Source: Chiloscyllium plagiosum (taxonomy: Eukaryota). From it: 33,143 nucleotides of DNA. The stretch covers positions 95,027,994-95,061,136 of the forward strand of contig NC_057718.1 in NCBI RefSeq assembly GCF_004010195.1. The letters are read 5' to 3'. Of this stretch, positions 11,457-22,332 are shown in pieces. A program made the position numbers and the translations under genes. The notes under the pieces are model-generated. The model ran no database searches. It saw only the letters and a list, made by a program, of their open reading frames with translations, and was not told the DNA's origin. How positions within the stretch are numbered: the stretch's first letter is position 1; each line of letters opens with the position of its first letter.

Positions 11457-12547
11457 TCATGAATTTATTTGTGTGGAGGAAGGAAGCAAAATTCCCATAT
11501 GAAAGGACAGTGAAGAAAATTAAATGCTGAAGCTAAATTGGGAAACCTACGTTTGTTTTCGACATAGTACACTGCCATGTTGTATGATAATCCATCTGAA
11601 TGGCAAACTGTGTTTCAAGCTATAAGTTGAGTCATCAGCTTGAATGCATGTAGCTACACACATAATGCCTGTAAATTCACAAGCAGAAAAATACAAATAT
11701 TAAAAATAATCAAGATTGAGTTGAAGTTATTTTCAATAAGATCAAGCTTAACAATAGATTGTGCAAATTGGTGTCAAAATCCAAGAGATAATTTAGTGCT
11801 TCAAGTTGAATTTCATTTCACATCTGCTGGCATGTGGTGGATGATGTTATTTTGAAATCCCGTTTTTACAGAAGATCTCAATCATAGCCCATTGTTGTAG
11901 CTCAATTTATACAGTGTGACATTATACACACTAAGGCTACTTAACAGTAATGCCCAAGAATGCAAATTCTTGGTTGGTTTGGAACATGATGAACTGGGTT
12001 TACATGTCTTCATGTCTGGTCTAAACACCTCTAAGCACAATACACTGACATTTAAAAGACAAGACGTATTTGAATAAATAACACTGATTAAAACCCGAAT
12101 TGCCTTCCAAACTCTCAGAACGCTTCACCGATTCATTGGTGTATGATTACTGCCAAACATCACTGTTAATCCTCTAATCTCCTTTCATCCATTTTGTGGT
12201 TTCTTAACATCCTTCCTACTGCAGATTTATTTTTATGTTTAACTCCTAAAGTAGATCTATCTTTTTTAAAAAAAAATCTGTTCTTCCATCAACCCACGAG
12301 ATCCTAAATACTGCACATGCTTGTTTGATGTTAAGTTTAGCTTGCAAATGGATGATGATTGCAAGAATATTATTTACAGATACTTCATTTAAAAAATATT
12401 TAAAGCCCCTCCCTTCATGCTTTGAAATCAATTACTTCCAGAAATAAGCAATTAACAAACAGAAACAAAATCAACTGTGAGGTGCATTCTAATTGATGAA
12501 ATTGGCAAGCAGTACCAGGAATATCATTCTGCGGTGTTCCCTTATTA

Positions 12548-12826
12548 GGGCAGCACTGTGACTCAGCGGTTCCATTCTACCCTCAGGCAACTGTCTGTGT
12601 GGAATTTTTACATTCTCCCACAGTCCAATGATGTGCAGGTTAGGTGGATTGGCTGTGCTAAATTGCCCCGTGGTGTCCAGGAATTTCCAGGCTAGGTGGA
12701 TTAACCATGGTAAATGCAGAATTATGGGTATAGAGTAATGGGTCATATTTGGACGAGATGCTCTTCAGAGGGTCCGTGCAGACTTGGTGGGCTGAATGGC
12801 CTCTTTCCACACTAAGGATTCTATGG
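12548..12826 (+). mobile_element. HE1-type SINE, internally deleted
   Basis: GGGCAGCACTGTGACTCAGCGG...CTGTCTGTGTGGAATTTTTACATTCTCCCACAGTCC...GGGCTGAATGGCCT. Confidence 0.8.
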
Positions 12827-12834
12827 ATCAGTAG

Positions 12835-13175
12835 TCAACAAGGGTGGTGCTGGAAAAGCACCAGCAGGTCAGACTGCATCAAAGGAGCAGGAGAGTTGAC
12901 GTATCAAGCATAAGCAAGTCGTGAGGAATGTGGAGGGGGAAGATATGGATGAGAGATAAATAGGGGATGGGGGAGGGGGCAGGTGTGAAGGCGATAGGTG
13001 AATGCAGGTGCGAGGCAACTGTGATAGATTGGTAGGGAAGGTGGAGCAGATAGGTGGGAAGGAAGATGGATAGGTGGGATAGGTCAAGGCCAGGGTAGAT
13101 CTAAGATGAATTGGGGGGTGCGGAGATTTGGATACTGGTGAAGTCGACGTTGATGCCGTGTGGCTGAAGGGTTGA
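12835..13175 (-). mobile_element. Penelope-like element 3' terminal region
   Basis: GTGGTGCTGGAAAAGCA...CAGGTCAG..GCATCAAAGGAGCAGGAGAGTTGACG followed by a purine-rich GATAGGTGG tract, homologous to 18911-19170. Confidence 0.8.
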
Positions 13176-13199
13176 GGATCAGTAGTGACACATACAAAA

Positions 13200-13300
13200 T
13201 ACAGTCACTAGACCGGAAACATTAACCCTGATTTCTCTCCACATACCCTGCCAGACCTGCTGAGTTTTCCCAGCAATTTCGGTTTTTGTTTCTGATTTCC
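13200..13300 (+). mobile_element. Short PLE terminal fragment
   Basis: GTCACTAGACCGGAAACATTAACCCTGATTTCTCTCCAC...CCAGACCTGCTGAGTTTTCCCAGC, the same family as 16905-16990. Confidence 0.75.
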
Positions 13301-13924
13301 ATAGTTGTTTATTTTTTTCCCAGTAGCCACACACATGCTTGACTGCACTGTGATTTACTTTTGACAGAAAGCCAGTGGTACAATGACATAAAACCACAGG
13401 CAGTCTGTGCATCTGTCACTCCAGCAGATGTGGAAGGAGGCAGCAAGCTCCACATCTGCAAATCAACTACATAATCACTTCCTCTGAAATGCACAAACTT
13501 CGCAGAATTTTAATTCCAGAATTTAAATCTCGACCGTGTCTTGCACCAGATCTATCGATTACAGCTGCACTACAAATGCTAAGGGTTTATGTTACTGGAG
13601 GCAAACTGCAGATCATAAAGGTCTCTTCAGTGATCACTTGACGGGCCTATAGAAATATGGGGAATCCTCAGAAACAGTATACAGGTAGCCATGGATTACT
13701 TCAACCACTGTAATATCACCAATGATAATTTCAACTATAAATTATGAGGCCCATGCGGCTTAACCCTACTTAATAGACAGAAATCTTATTCTCTTAGAAC
13801 ATCAAATGCTGGGCCTAATTGTTTAAGTGTAATGATCACTTTTGCTTTGAAACTTTTAATAGCAGCAACATTGAGATAGCAATCACCCTGTAAATTGTAA
13901 TCCAGGTTGAAATAAGCAACTCAC

Positions 13925-14004
13925 CACTCCAGTTTTTAGCCATCTTGAACATGTTTGCAGCTCTGGCGAACATTTCACATGCCTCTTCCACTCTTGTGTT
14001 GCCT
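13925..14004 (-). CDS. NAPB: Beta-SNAP coding exon 2
   Basis: Acceptor tttttcttaacag|A, 80 nt, donor G|GTGAGT. It encodes (G)[26 protein letters not shown](A), in phase with exons 1 and 3. GNTR..EM is beta-type (alpha-SNAP has GSSK..EI). Confidence 0.97.
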
Positions 14005-14391
14005 CTGTTAAGAAAAACAACATTAAAGATTTAACATACCACGAAATTTTGTTCCATTTTAATGCCTGAAGAGTTCTGCCTTGCCCCTCGACTTTCCAAA
14101 CATTGTCGCAATCAAGATTGGAGATGTGTTTGTACAACATACAAATTCTGCCCTTCTGCTGTTGCTTGACTCAATAAAGTCACATCTGATCTGTTTGGGT
14201 TTCAAATTCCACACTCCTGTCTGCTCCTAATAACCTTTGATTCTCTCCTAACAAGAATCTAATAAACTCAGATCAAGTATATTCAGTGACCCACCACTTT
14301 GAGGCAGAGAGTTCCAAAGTTCCACAACCCTCAGAAAAATAATTCTCCTTATCTCTGTCCTAAAAAAAAGTGACCTAAAACCCTGTACTAT

Positions 14392-14886
14392 GTCCAGTTC
14401 TGGTCACCCTGTTATAGGAAGGATATTATTAAGCTGGAGAGGGTTCAGAAAAGATTTACCAGGATGTTGCCAGGAATGGAGGGCTTGAGTTATAAGGATA
14501 GGCTGGGACTTCTTCCACTGGAGTGTAGGAGGTTGAGGGGTGACCTTATAAGGTCATGAGGGGTATAGATAGGGTTAATGGTAGATACCTTTGCCCTAGG
14601 ATGGGGGATTTCAATGCTAGGGATGATATTTTTAAGGTGAGAGGATAAATATTTAAAAAGGAGGGGCAATTTTTAAGACAGTGTGGTTCTTATGCGTAAT
14701 GAACTTAGAGGAAGTGACAGATGCAGGTACAGTTACAATGTTTAAAAGAGGTTCAGATAAAGTACATGAATAAGTATTGTTTGGAGGGGATGTGGGCCAA
14801 GCACAGGTGGTGGGAACTAGTTTAGTTTGGGATTATGGTCAGCAAGGACTGGTTGGATCGAAGGGTCTGTTTCTGTGCTGCATCAC
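14392..14886 (+). mobile_element. CR1 LINE 3' fragment, apparently nested in an older minus-strand CR1 remnant (about 14270-15130)
   Basis: CAGTTCTGGTCACCCTGTTATAGGAAGGATATTATTAAGCTGGAGAGGGTTCAGAAAAGATTTACCAGGATG. The flanks GGCAGAGAGTTCCAAAG and ATCAAGTCACCCCTC are reverse CR1 motifs. Confidence 0.85.
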
Positions 14887-16500
14887 TCCCCAGTTCAGAA
14901 TTCATCCACAAGAGGTAATATCCTTACACATCCATCTTGTCGAGAAAATTTGGATCTTATACACTTCAATCATCAAGTCACCCCTCCCTTGAGTGGAAAC
15001 TAACCCAGTCTGTTCATCCTCCCGTCGAAAATAAAACCCAGGCATCAATCTCCTCTCAACTGCCTCTAAAAGTAATTACATCCTTCCTTAAAATGAAGCA
15101 ATCAAAACTGCACACAGTGATGTGGTTCTCACCAATTCTGTTCCTCTCATAATAATGAATAGCATGCCAGCAACCATTTTAATCACTTGCTGTAGCTGCA
15201 TACGAACTTAAATTGAGACAAACAACATTAAGTGTCCCAGTGTCGCTGCACCTAAGTGCACTCCTACCAATCCCACGTGATCCTTGATGGAAATGCATGT
15301 ATTTGATCCAACTGCAATCACAATTACGTTGATGAGTTCTCGGACACACCTCAACAGTGTGTGTTTCCCAACAGATGATCAGCAGACTGATCTTTGCTTT
15401 CTTCAACCATTTCTACATTGATGCCTATTCAGTAGCAATCTTTGCTGACATTGTGCCCAAAATAATAAAGCCCATGCAAAGTCAGGGATGAAATATAATA
15501 CATTAATAAAGTAAGTCTAAAGTGCAAGAGGCATTAGTGGTCCCAGTCTAAGATAGCTGCATTATTGGTACCTCAAGGCTGTGGAGGTACAGTGCAGATT
15601 AGAGACAGGGGCTGTCCAAAATACAGCTCACAAAATTCAGGAAGTTCAATACTATCTATACTTACATATCTTTATCATTAGTTTGCCCTGTTTGAATTTT
15701 AGGAGATTAGGGATTTAGATTTCACATAGACGCATTCAGAAGACTTTTTTTTTTAAATGTTAAGAGTTTAAAGTAGATGCAAATGAATGGAAACATGGAC
15801 TTGAACTTTCTGTGTGACAGTAAAGCTTCTCAATATTAAGTGGTCTATGAAAACAATCAACTTGAGCACTCAGGATCAAACCAGGTTCTGCTCGCTCAGG
15901 AAAGATATGGTTCCCTCAGAGAGTGAACACAACAAAGGTTCACTGGATTGATTCCTAGGCTGAGAGGATTGTTCTGTGAGAAGAGTTTGAATAGAACTCA
16001 AGAGGATGCTGAGACCCCATTTCCTACTCTGGAGAGTTCAGGAGTAAGGGGCACAGTCTCAGTTATAGACTGATAGAGATGGCTCAAATGTATAGAATAG
16101 TATCTTAGCAGAATAATATTTTTGAAAATGTGGTTATATGACAAGAATTTAGCCAGACCTGCCAATGTCTCAGAACACTTTATATAATAGCGCTTTGCTA
16201 TTATATAATCAACATTTTAGTTTCAATATTAATTTAAACTTTGAAAATAATGTACTTGCAAGAAAGTGCTTAGTTGCTCTTAGGTCTTAATAAGAACAAT
16301 GTGGTGTAATATCCCTCATTAATCACCTCAAGGAATTTCCATTGCCTGAGCAAGAAAATCCAACAAGTAGCTGGAACTTATGAAAGTCCAAAGTTCAAGG
16401 ACTTGGTCTTTGTTTGAATTTATGATATCTGCTAAGGCAAATGTAGCAGCACTAAAGTTAGGTTAGAGAGGGAATGGCTTATCTGTTCCTGCTGCTAATT

Positions 16501-17005
16501 ATTATCTCTCCAACAAAAACAGAAATTGTTGGAAAAGCTCAGCAGGTCTGACAGCATCTGTGGAGAGAAATCAGAGTTAATATTTCAGGTTGAGTGACCC
16601 TTATTATCCAGTGTAACCACAACTCCCATCGCGCGAGTGTGTGTGTGTGTGAGAGAGAGAGTGAGGGGGAGGGATGTATGTGTGGGGGATGTGGGGCGGT
16701 GTGTGTATGTCAGGGTGCATGTATGTGTGGGGGAGTGGTGCCTCTATTTGGTGAATACATTATTGGAGTAGGTTATGATGGCCACTCAGGTCAAATACCA
16801 GAATGGTGCACACACCTACATCATTCACATAAACAATTACCGCTTTGATGATTCAGTGGGTATATTGCTGGAAGGAAGCAGGAAGACAGAAAAGGGTTCC
16901 GAGCAAGGGTCACTCAACCTGAAACATTAACTCTGATTTCTCTCCACAGACGCTGTCAGACCTGCTGAGCTTTTCCAACAATTTCTATTTCTGCTGGAGA
17001 GAAAA
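16501..17005. repeat. About 100-bp inverted repeat arms (PLE termini) around a 300-bp GT-rich spacer
   Basis: 16501-16602 is the near-exact reverse complement of 16905-17005 (...CAGAGTTAATATTTCAGGTTGAGTGACCCTT / AAGGGTCACTCAACCTGAAACATTAACTCTG...). Confidence 0.9.
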
Positions 17006-17329
17006 TGGGCACTTTTAGCCATTTCTTACTTTAATGGGCAAATAAGCTTTAAATTTTTTACTTCACACTTGGAGACACTAATAGGAGCATTATAGATAAA
17101 CAACACTGCACTTTAGTAGCACCATTTACTTTACTCTAACTTCCAAATAATATTATTGTATTAAAAATGCTGATATAACAGATTTACATTTCAATTAGTT
17201 GCCTTCAGTTCAAATACACTAGAGTCTTTGTAGCAGCAAATTCGTTTCCTTAAAACCATAAGCGCTTGCGAGCTTTTCAGGGATTTATTAATTTACATGC
17301 GACTATTGAGGGGTGATTTAGGACAGCTA

Positions 17330-17535
17330 TGAGGGGTAGTTTCTTCACCCAGAGTAGTATGGGCATGGAACATCCTGCCTGCGACAGTAGACTCGTCGAC
17401 GTTAAGGGCATTGGGCATGCATATGGATAATAATGGAACAGTGTAGGTTAGATGGGCATCAGATTATTTTCATAGGTCGGCGCAACATCAAGGGCTGAAG
17501 GGCCTGTACTGCGCTGTAACGTTCTATGTTCTATG
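17330..17535 (+). mobile_element. CR1 LINE 3' end
   Basis: TTCTTCACCCAGAG...GGTCGGCGCAACATCAAGGGCTGAAGGGCCTGTACTGCGCTGTAAC(GTTCTAT)2. Confidence 0.85.
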
Positions 17536-18241
17536 TACTCCTGGTCAGCAGCCGTACAACTCGCGAACTGAATCCCAAATCAGGAGTGTATCGAGAGGCG
17601 AAGATGCAATGTTATGCAATGGAACCTCACACATCCAGTAACAGTGCCAGAACAGCTTCCAACAGCCAGCACTAGGGACTGGACAGCTACCGTAATCTTG
17701 AACTGCTACACTTGACGCATAGAGCCTCTGCAACTGGCCTTTGTTGCAATCTTGCTGGACAGAATTAAAATATTATCCCCACCCACACCACACCCCCAAA
17801 CAAGAAAAAGATGTTTAATTCCCAATGAGTCTCGATTATATAATTTCCCCGTACGGTCCTGACACTGCAGGTTGTCAGAAAGGAGAAATATTACCAATCC
17901 TCTGAAATCCCTTCATACCCTAGTAAAACAAAACACATATATCTGAAATTATCCCACTACCCTCCTCTGGGGAGGTTAAAAAAAAATGGCAGCCAGCGAG
18001 CACTGCAGTATTTTCAGTGAAGGCTCCGTCAGCGGAATGCTTCGGAATAACTCCCCCACAGATGCAATATTTAAAAACAAAACCCTGGAATATTTGGTAT
18101 ATCTCTTGTTGAAAAATGCATGACTTGACAATGCAAAGAGTCAGTGTGTATTAACCCCAAGACTGTTTGCTAGAAGGGCTGTCCTCCCCCCCCTTAAAAT
18201 AAAACACAAGATACACAAAACTAAACTGATGCTGCTCTTAC

Positions 18242-18339
18242 CCAAACAAACCTCCAAGAAAGGAATGCGATGATTTCACCTTTTTCTCTGCATCAGCCAT
18301 CAGTTGCATGGCTTCTTTCTCTTTACCGGAATTATCCAT
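18242..18339 (-). CDS. NAPB: Beta-soluble NSF attachment protein (beta-SNAP), coding exon 1
   Basis: Manual translation of the minus strand from ATG at 18339 gives [32 protein letters not shown](G). It is 98 nt long and ends at donor GG|GTAAGA. It matches the SNAP N-terminus (human NAPB recalled as [33 protein letters not shown]). Confidence 0.96.
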
Positions 18340-18479
18340 TTTTTTTTAAATGTTGCGTCTCTTCTTTTTCAATGCAACATATAATTTATTGCTAACGCAG
18401 GCTCAATCCTTCGCCTAGCTTTGCAGATGCTACAAGCTATTTTCTCTCTCTATCCCTTTTGCCCAGTTAAGAGCTGAGC

Positions 18480-18720
18480 CTCTTTAATCCGCCCACAGGA
18501 CAAGACAGCGCAGCGACTGAGCCCCTGACTCCGCCAGCTGATCGGAGGCCACGCCCCCTCCCCGTGGACCAGCCGCCGCACGAAGCATGCCGGCTATTGT
18601 AGTCCTATCTCTCCCAGCGCTTCCAATACTTCCGGCGCTCGACCGGCAGCTACAGGACTACAAGTCCCAGAGGGCCAATCGCGCCCTGCCTGCCCAGACG
18701 CCAAAGAGCGAGAGATTGTA
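18480..18720. promoter_or_regulatory. CpG-rich NAPB promoter with bidirectional architecture
   Basis: Local CpG/GC enrichment about 150-380 bp upstream of the NAPB ATG. Motifs: CCGCCC 18489-18494; GGCCACGCCCCC (KLF/SP) 18547-18558; minus-oriented GGACTACAATAGCCGGCATGC 18585-18605; CCAAT 18623 and 18675; ETS ACTTCCGG 18628-18635; plus-oriented ACTACAAGTCCCAG 18657-18670. Confidence 0.85.
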
Positions 18721-18757
18721 TTGAGTTTGGACAGCATAAAGACAGATTGGTGTTCAG

Positions 18758-18774
18758 ATGACTGTTCATGTCAG
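18758..18774 (+). CDS. Speculative exon 1 of a divergent small ORF (MTVHV-R)
   Basis: ATG at 18758 lies just beyond the promoter and is followed by CAG|GTAGCA (phase 2). Both the Kozak context and the donor are weak. Confidence 0.2.
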
Positions 18775-18961
18775 GTAGCAAGGTTTTTTTTAAAATGCAG
18801 ACTACAGAATAAAACTTGCATCGGATAAAATGCAAGTTTTGTTTTTAATCCTTCCTTACCTCTGGTCAATAATAACCTGAGGGTTACCATTGACTAGAAA
18901 TCAAGTTGGAAATGTGTTGCTGGAAAAGCGCAGCAGGTCAGGCAGCATCTAGGGAACAGGA

Positions 18962-18999
18962 GAATCGACGTTTCGGGCATTAGCCCTTCTTCAGGAATG
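18962..18999 (-). ncRNA. Minimal hammerhead ribozyme motif, intact core
   Basis: The minus strand reads CATTC-CTGAAGA-AGGGC TAAT GCCC-GAAA-C-GTC-GATTC. It has the CUGANGA and GAAA cores, a 4-bp stem II and a GUC site. Helix I pairing is only about 2 bp. Confidence 0.7.
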
Positions 19000-19231
19000 A
19001 GGAAAGTTGGTCCAGCAGGCTAAGATAAAAGATAGGGAGGAGGGACTTGGGGGAGGGGCGTCGGAAATGTGATAGGTGGAAAGAGGTCAAGGTGAGGGTG
19101 ATAGGTCAGACTGGGGTGGGGGAGGAGAGGTCGGGAAGAAGATTGCAGGTTAGGAAGGCGGTGCTGAATTCAAATTCAGCACCGCCTTCCTAACCTGCAA
19201 TCTTCTTCCCAACCTCTCCGCCCCCACCCCA

Positions 19232-19706
19232 NNNNNNNNNNNNNNNNNNNNNNNNNNNNNNNNNNNNNNNNNNNNNNNNNNNNNNNNNNNNNNNNNNNNN
19301 NNNNNNNNNNNNNNNNNNNNNNNNNNNNNNNNNNNNNNNNNNNNNNNNNNNNNNNNNNNNNNNNNNNNNNNNNNNNNNNNNNNNNNNNNNNNNNNNNNNN
19401 NNNNNNNNNNNNNNNNNNNNNNNNNNNNNNNNNNNNNNNNNNNNNNNNNNNNNNNNNNNNNNNNNNNNNNNNNNNNNNNNNNNNNNNNNNNNNNNNNNNN
19501 NNNNNNNNNNNNNNNNNNNNNNNNNNNNNNNNNNNNNNNNNNNNNNNNNNNNNNNNNNNNNNNNNNNNNNNNNNNNNNNNNNNNNNNNNNNNNNNNNNNN
19601 NNNNNNNNNNNNNNNNNNNNNNNNNNNNNNNNNNNNNNNNNNNNNNNNNNNNNNNNNNNNNNNNNNNNNNNNNNNNNNNNNNNNNNNNNNNNNNNNNNNN
19701 NNNNNN
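19232..19706. other. Assembly gap (475 N)
   Basis: Run of N. Confidence 1.
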
Positions 19707-19939
19707 GGGTAATGCCCGAAACGTCGATTCTCCTGTTCCCTAGATGCTGCCTGACCTGCTGCGCTTTTCCAGCAACACATTTCCATCTCTGATCTCCAGC
19801 ATCTGCAGACCTCACTTTCTCCTCATAGAAATCAAGTTGGACTAGCCAATTCTATAAGATCATATCAGAGACTATGAATCCTCTGGTGAGAATTCCACCT
19901 CTTCCCAAAGCCCTGTCCACCAAAACACAAGTTAGGCGT

Positions 19940-20497
19940 GTGGCAGAATATTCCCAACTTGCCTCGGTGAATGCAGTGTCAATAAAGTGCAGAGCTGGAA
20001 AAACCATAGCACTCAAGCAGCATCAGAGGAGCAGGGGAGCCGATGTTTCAGGTCAGGATCAACAATACAATGCCAACCATCTCAAAGCAGCCCACTTAAC
20101 AGGCACCACATCCACAAACATTCACCACCTCCATTAATGCTCAGCAATAATGGTATTACCATCTAAATGATGCATCGGTGAAATTCACCAAGGCTCCACT
20201 GACAGCACCTTCCCAAGAAACTGCCATCTAGAACAATAAGGGCAACAGAAACATGGGAGCATCACCACTGCAATTCCCCTCCAAGCCATCACCGTACCAA
20301 ATATATTATCATTCCTTTAGCGTTCCTGGGTCAAAATCCTGGAACTCCCTCCTGTACAGCTTTGTAGGTCTACCTACAGCAAATTGAGTGCAGCCATTCA
20401 AGGCAAATTACCAACACTCTTTTCAAAGGCATTTATGGTTGGGCAATAAATGCTGGCCCATTCCAATGATTCCTACATCCCATGAAGGAATAAAAAA
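19940..20497 (+). mobile_element. L2/CR1-group LINE 3' end, with a short PLE fragment at about 19990-20060
   Basis: CAAAGCAGCCCACTT...GGCACCACATCCACAAACATTCA...GGGTCAAAATCCTGGAACTCCCTCC...GGGCAATAAATGCTGGCC...CATCCCATGAAGGAATAAAAAAAA. Related tails occur at 21485-21565(-), 25095-25230(+) and 26225-26300(-). Confidence 0.7.
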
Positions 20498-21067
20498 AAT
20501 CCTTGAATCCCAAATATTCCAATGCCCTCTACATTCTACACTTTATAAACTAGGTACCATCCAAAACATCCAGTTCTCTTATCACCTCTGTGTTCACTGA
20601 CCTATTTGGATTAACCCATTCAATTCTCATCTTCGTTTTCAGCTCTTTCCAAGTTCTGTCTGCAGACCTGACCCCAAGCTTCCAGAGTCCTACCACTTCA
20701 TCAGAATATCTCTAATTTCTCCCAGTTCTAATAAGACATCATCGACCAGAAATGTCAGCTCAGTTTCTCTCTCTCTCCATAGATTACACCTGATCTGTGA
20801 TCACTTGCAGCATTTTCTATTTTTAATACCATACTGAGAAAAAAACAGATCAAGTCTCACAAAAGTGTGTAGCAGCTTGGGCAGTGCATTCTAGTGACAG
20901 CCAGGTTCCATGAAAACACGTACTAATGGAGCACACATATTTGTAGGCATCCAATCCCTTATTATATACTGCTTACATTTGACACGAGGCTACATTATTC
21001 CTTTGCAAACTCCAGGATCCTGTTTGGGAGGTGCAAGGATTCAGATTATTGGCACTATAATTAAATT

Positions 21068-21271
21068 GGAGAGTGTGGTGCTGGAAAAGCACAGCAGGTC
21101 AGGCAGCATCCAAGGAGTAGGAGAATTGACGTTTCAGGCGTAAGCCTTTCATCAGGCTTCTGCTCGAAACATTGATTCTCCTGCTCCTCAGATGCTGCCT
21201 GACCTGCTGTGCTTTTCCAGCACCACACTCTCAACCCCGATCCCCAGCATCTACAGTCCTCACTTTCTCCT
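21068..21271. mobile_element. Palindromic PLE-derived short insertion with a degenerate 14-bp TSD
   Basis: GAGAGTGTGGTGCTGGAAAAGCACAGCAGGTCAGGCAGCATC / GATGCTGCCTGACCTGCTGTGCTTTTCCAGCACCACACTCTC form a perfect 42-bp inversion. ACTATAATTAAATT at 21054-21067 compares with ACTACAAGTAAATT at 21272-21285. Confidence 0.9.
21123..21158 (-). ncRNA. Minimal hammerhead ribozyme motif, intact core
   Basis: The minus strand reads CTGATGA-AAGGC TTAC GCCT-GAAA-C-GTC-AATTC. The 5' helix I partner has been lost at the inversion junction. Confidence 0.6.
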
Positions 21272-22208
21272 ACTACAAGTAAATTATTTTAGTTACTCAC
21301 ACTGGTCCACTTACAACATTGTTTCCTGCCCTCCAGTATATACAACATGAGTTATTCTCTACTGAGATTTCATTGAATTCCTTAGTCCTATTTTGTTTGG
21401 GAGGATAAAAGGATGAGATTTCCTCTGTTCTCTATTTGTATAATTCCATTTGAGTTTGAGGGAAAGCATGTGGTGCAGTGACCTTTTGTTTATTCATATG
21501 TGGGATGGAGGCATCACTGGCTGGCCAGCATTTGTCACGTCTCTCTATTGCCCTTGAGAAGGTCCCTAGTTCTAATCCAGAGGCTCCAGTTTCTAGTCCC
21601 ACTCGGAATTTGATAGTTAAGGAAGTTGTGTTTACAGTGTGGTTATACTGGTTGACCATCAACTTGTAAATCCTTCCAATATCTCCATGACAGGGGATAA
21701 GAGCAGGGGAATCTCCTGTTCAAACAAAATGCTACATGTAGTAACTGCAGCACCATAGCTTCCACATGTTTAAAGACCCCTTGTGCAGCTTCTTGCCACA
21801 GAGTATTCCATGACAAAGTCCTCCTTGCTTCGAAGGGCTACGAGAACAAAGCAATTGAGCTTTTATTGAAACATAATTTTGATTCTGTGCACCAAAGAAG
21901 TGAGACAAGAGAGCAGAGCATTGGACAGTAAGAAAACATTAGATTATCAAAATAAAAGAGCCAAGGAAATTGGGAAAGGCAGGAAAATAAATCTGAGACA
22001 GATACAGGAACAAAACAAATGTGGCACGTATGGGAGCATTGCTTCAAAATGATCTTTAATGGAAGGATATAACCACCCAGACTCTGGATCTCTGATTCTT
22101 GATGGTCAAATGTGTACAACTCAAAGCCATTCTAAACTGTTAGGCAACACATTAATGGTTATTCCTAAATAAAACAAAAAGGTAACATTGAAATTCTTCA
22201 CTTCCAAG

Positions 22209-22332
22209 ATTATTGACCCTGGTCCAGATCATTATCTTCTGCTGTAGCGCCAATGACATCCACGTGACTGAGAAAATCTATAATTTCCACACCTTTTCTG
22301 CTCAGTGTGCTGGATGCCTTTTCATTCCAGAG
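22209..22332 (+). CDS. Speculative exon 2 of a divergent small ORF
   Basis: Acceptor ttcttcacttccaag|A and donor GAG|GTAGGC bracket 124 nt, open in phase 2: LLTLVQIIIFCCSANDIHVTEKIYNFHTFSAQCAGCLFIPE. The sequence is not recognisably repeat-derived. Confidence 0.25.

Larger units (their letters stand above)
18911..19825. mobile_element. Young palindromic PLE-derived insertion with a perfect 16-bp TSD; spans the assembly gap
   Basis: TAGAAATCAAGTTGGA occurs at 18895-18910 and 19826-19841. The fold-back centre is at about 19171 (GGCGGTGCTGAATT CA AATTCAGCACCGCC). The arms carry hammerhead motifs. Confidence 0.92.

Noticed and set aside
19150..19815. 221-aa and 198-aa ORFs
   Set aside because: Artefacts of reading through the N gap.
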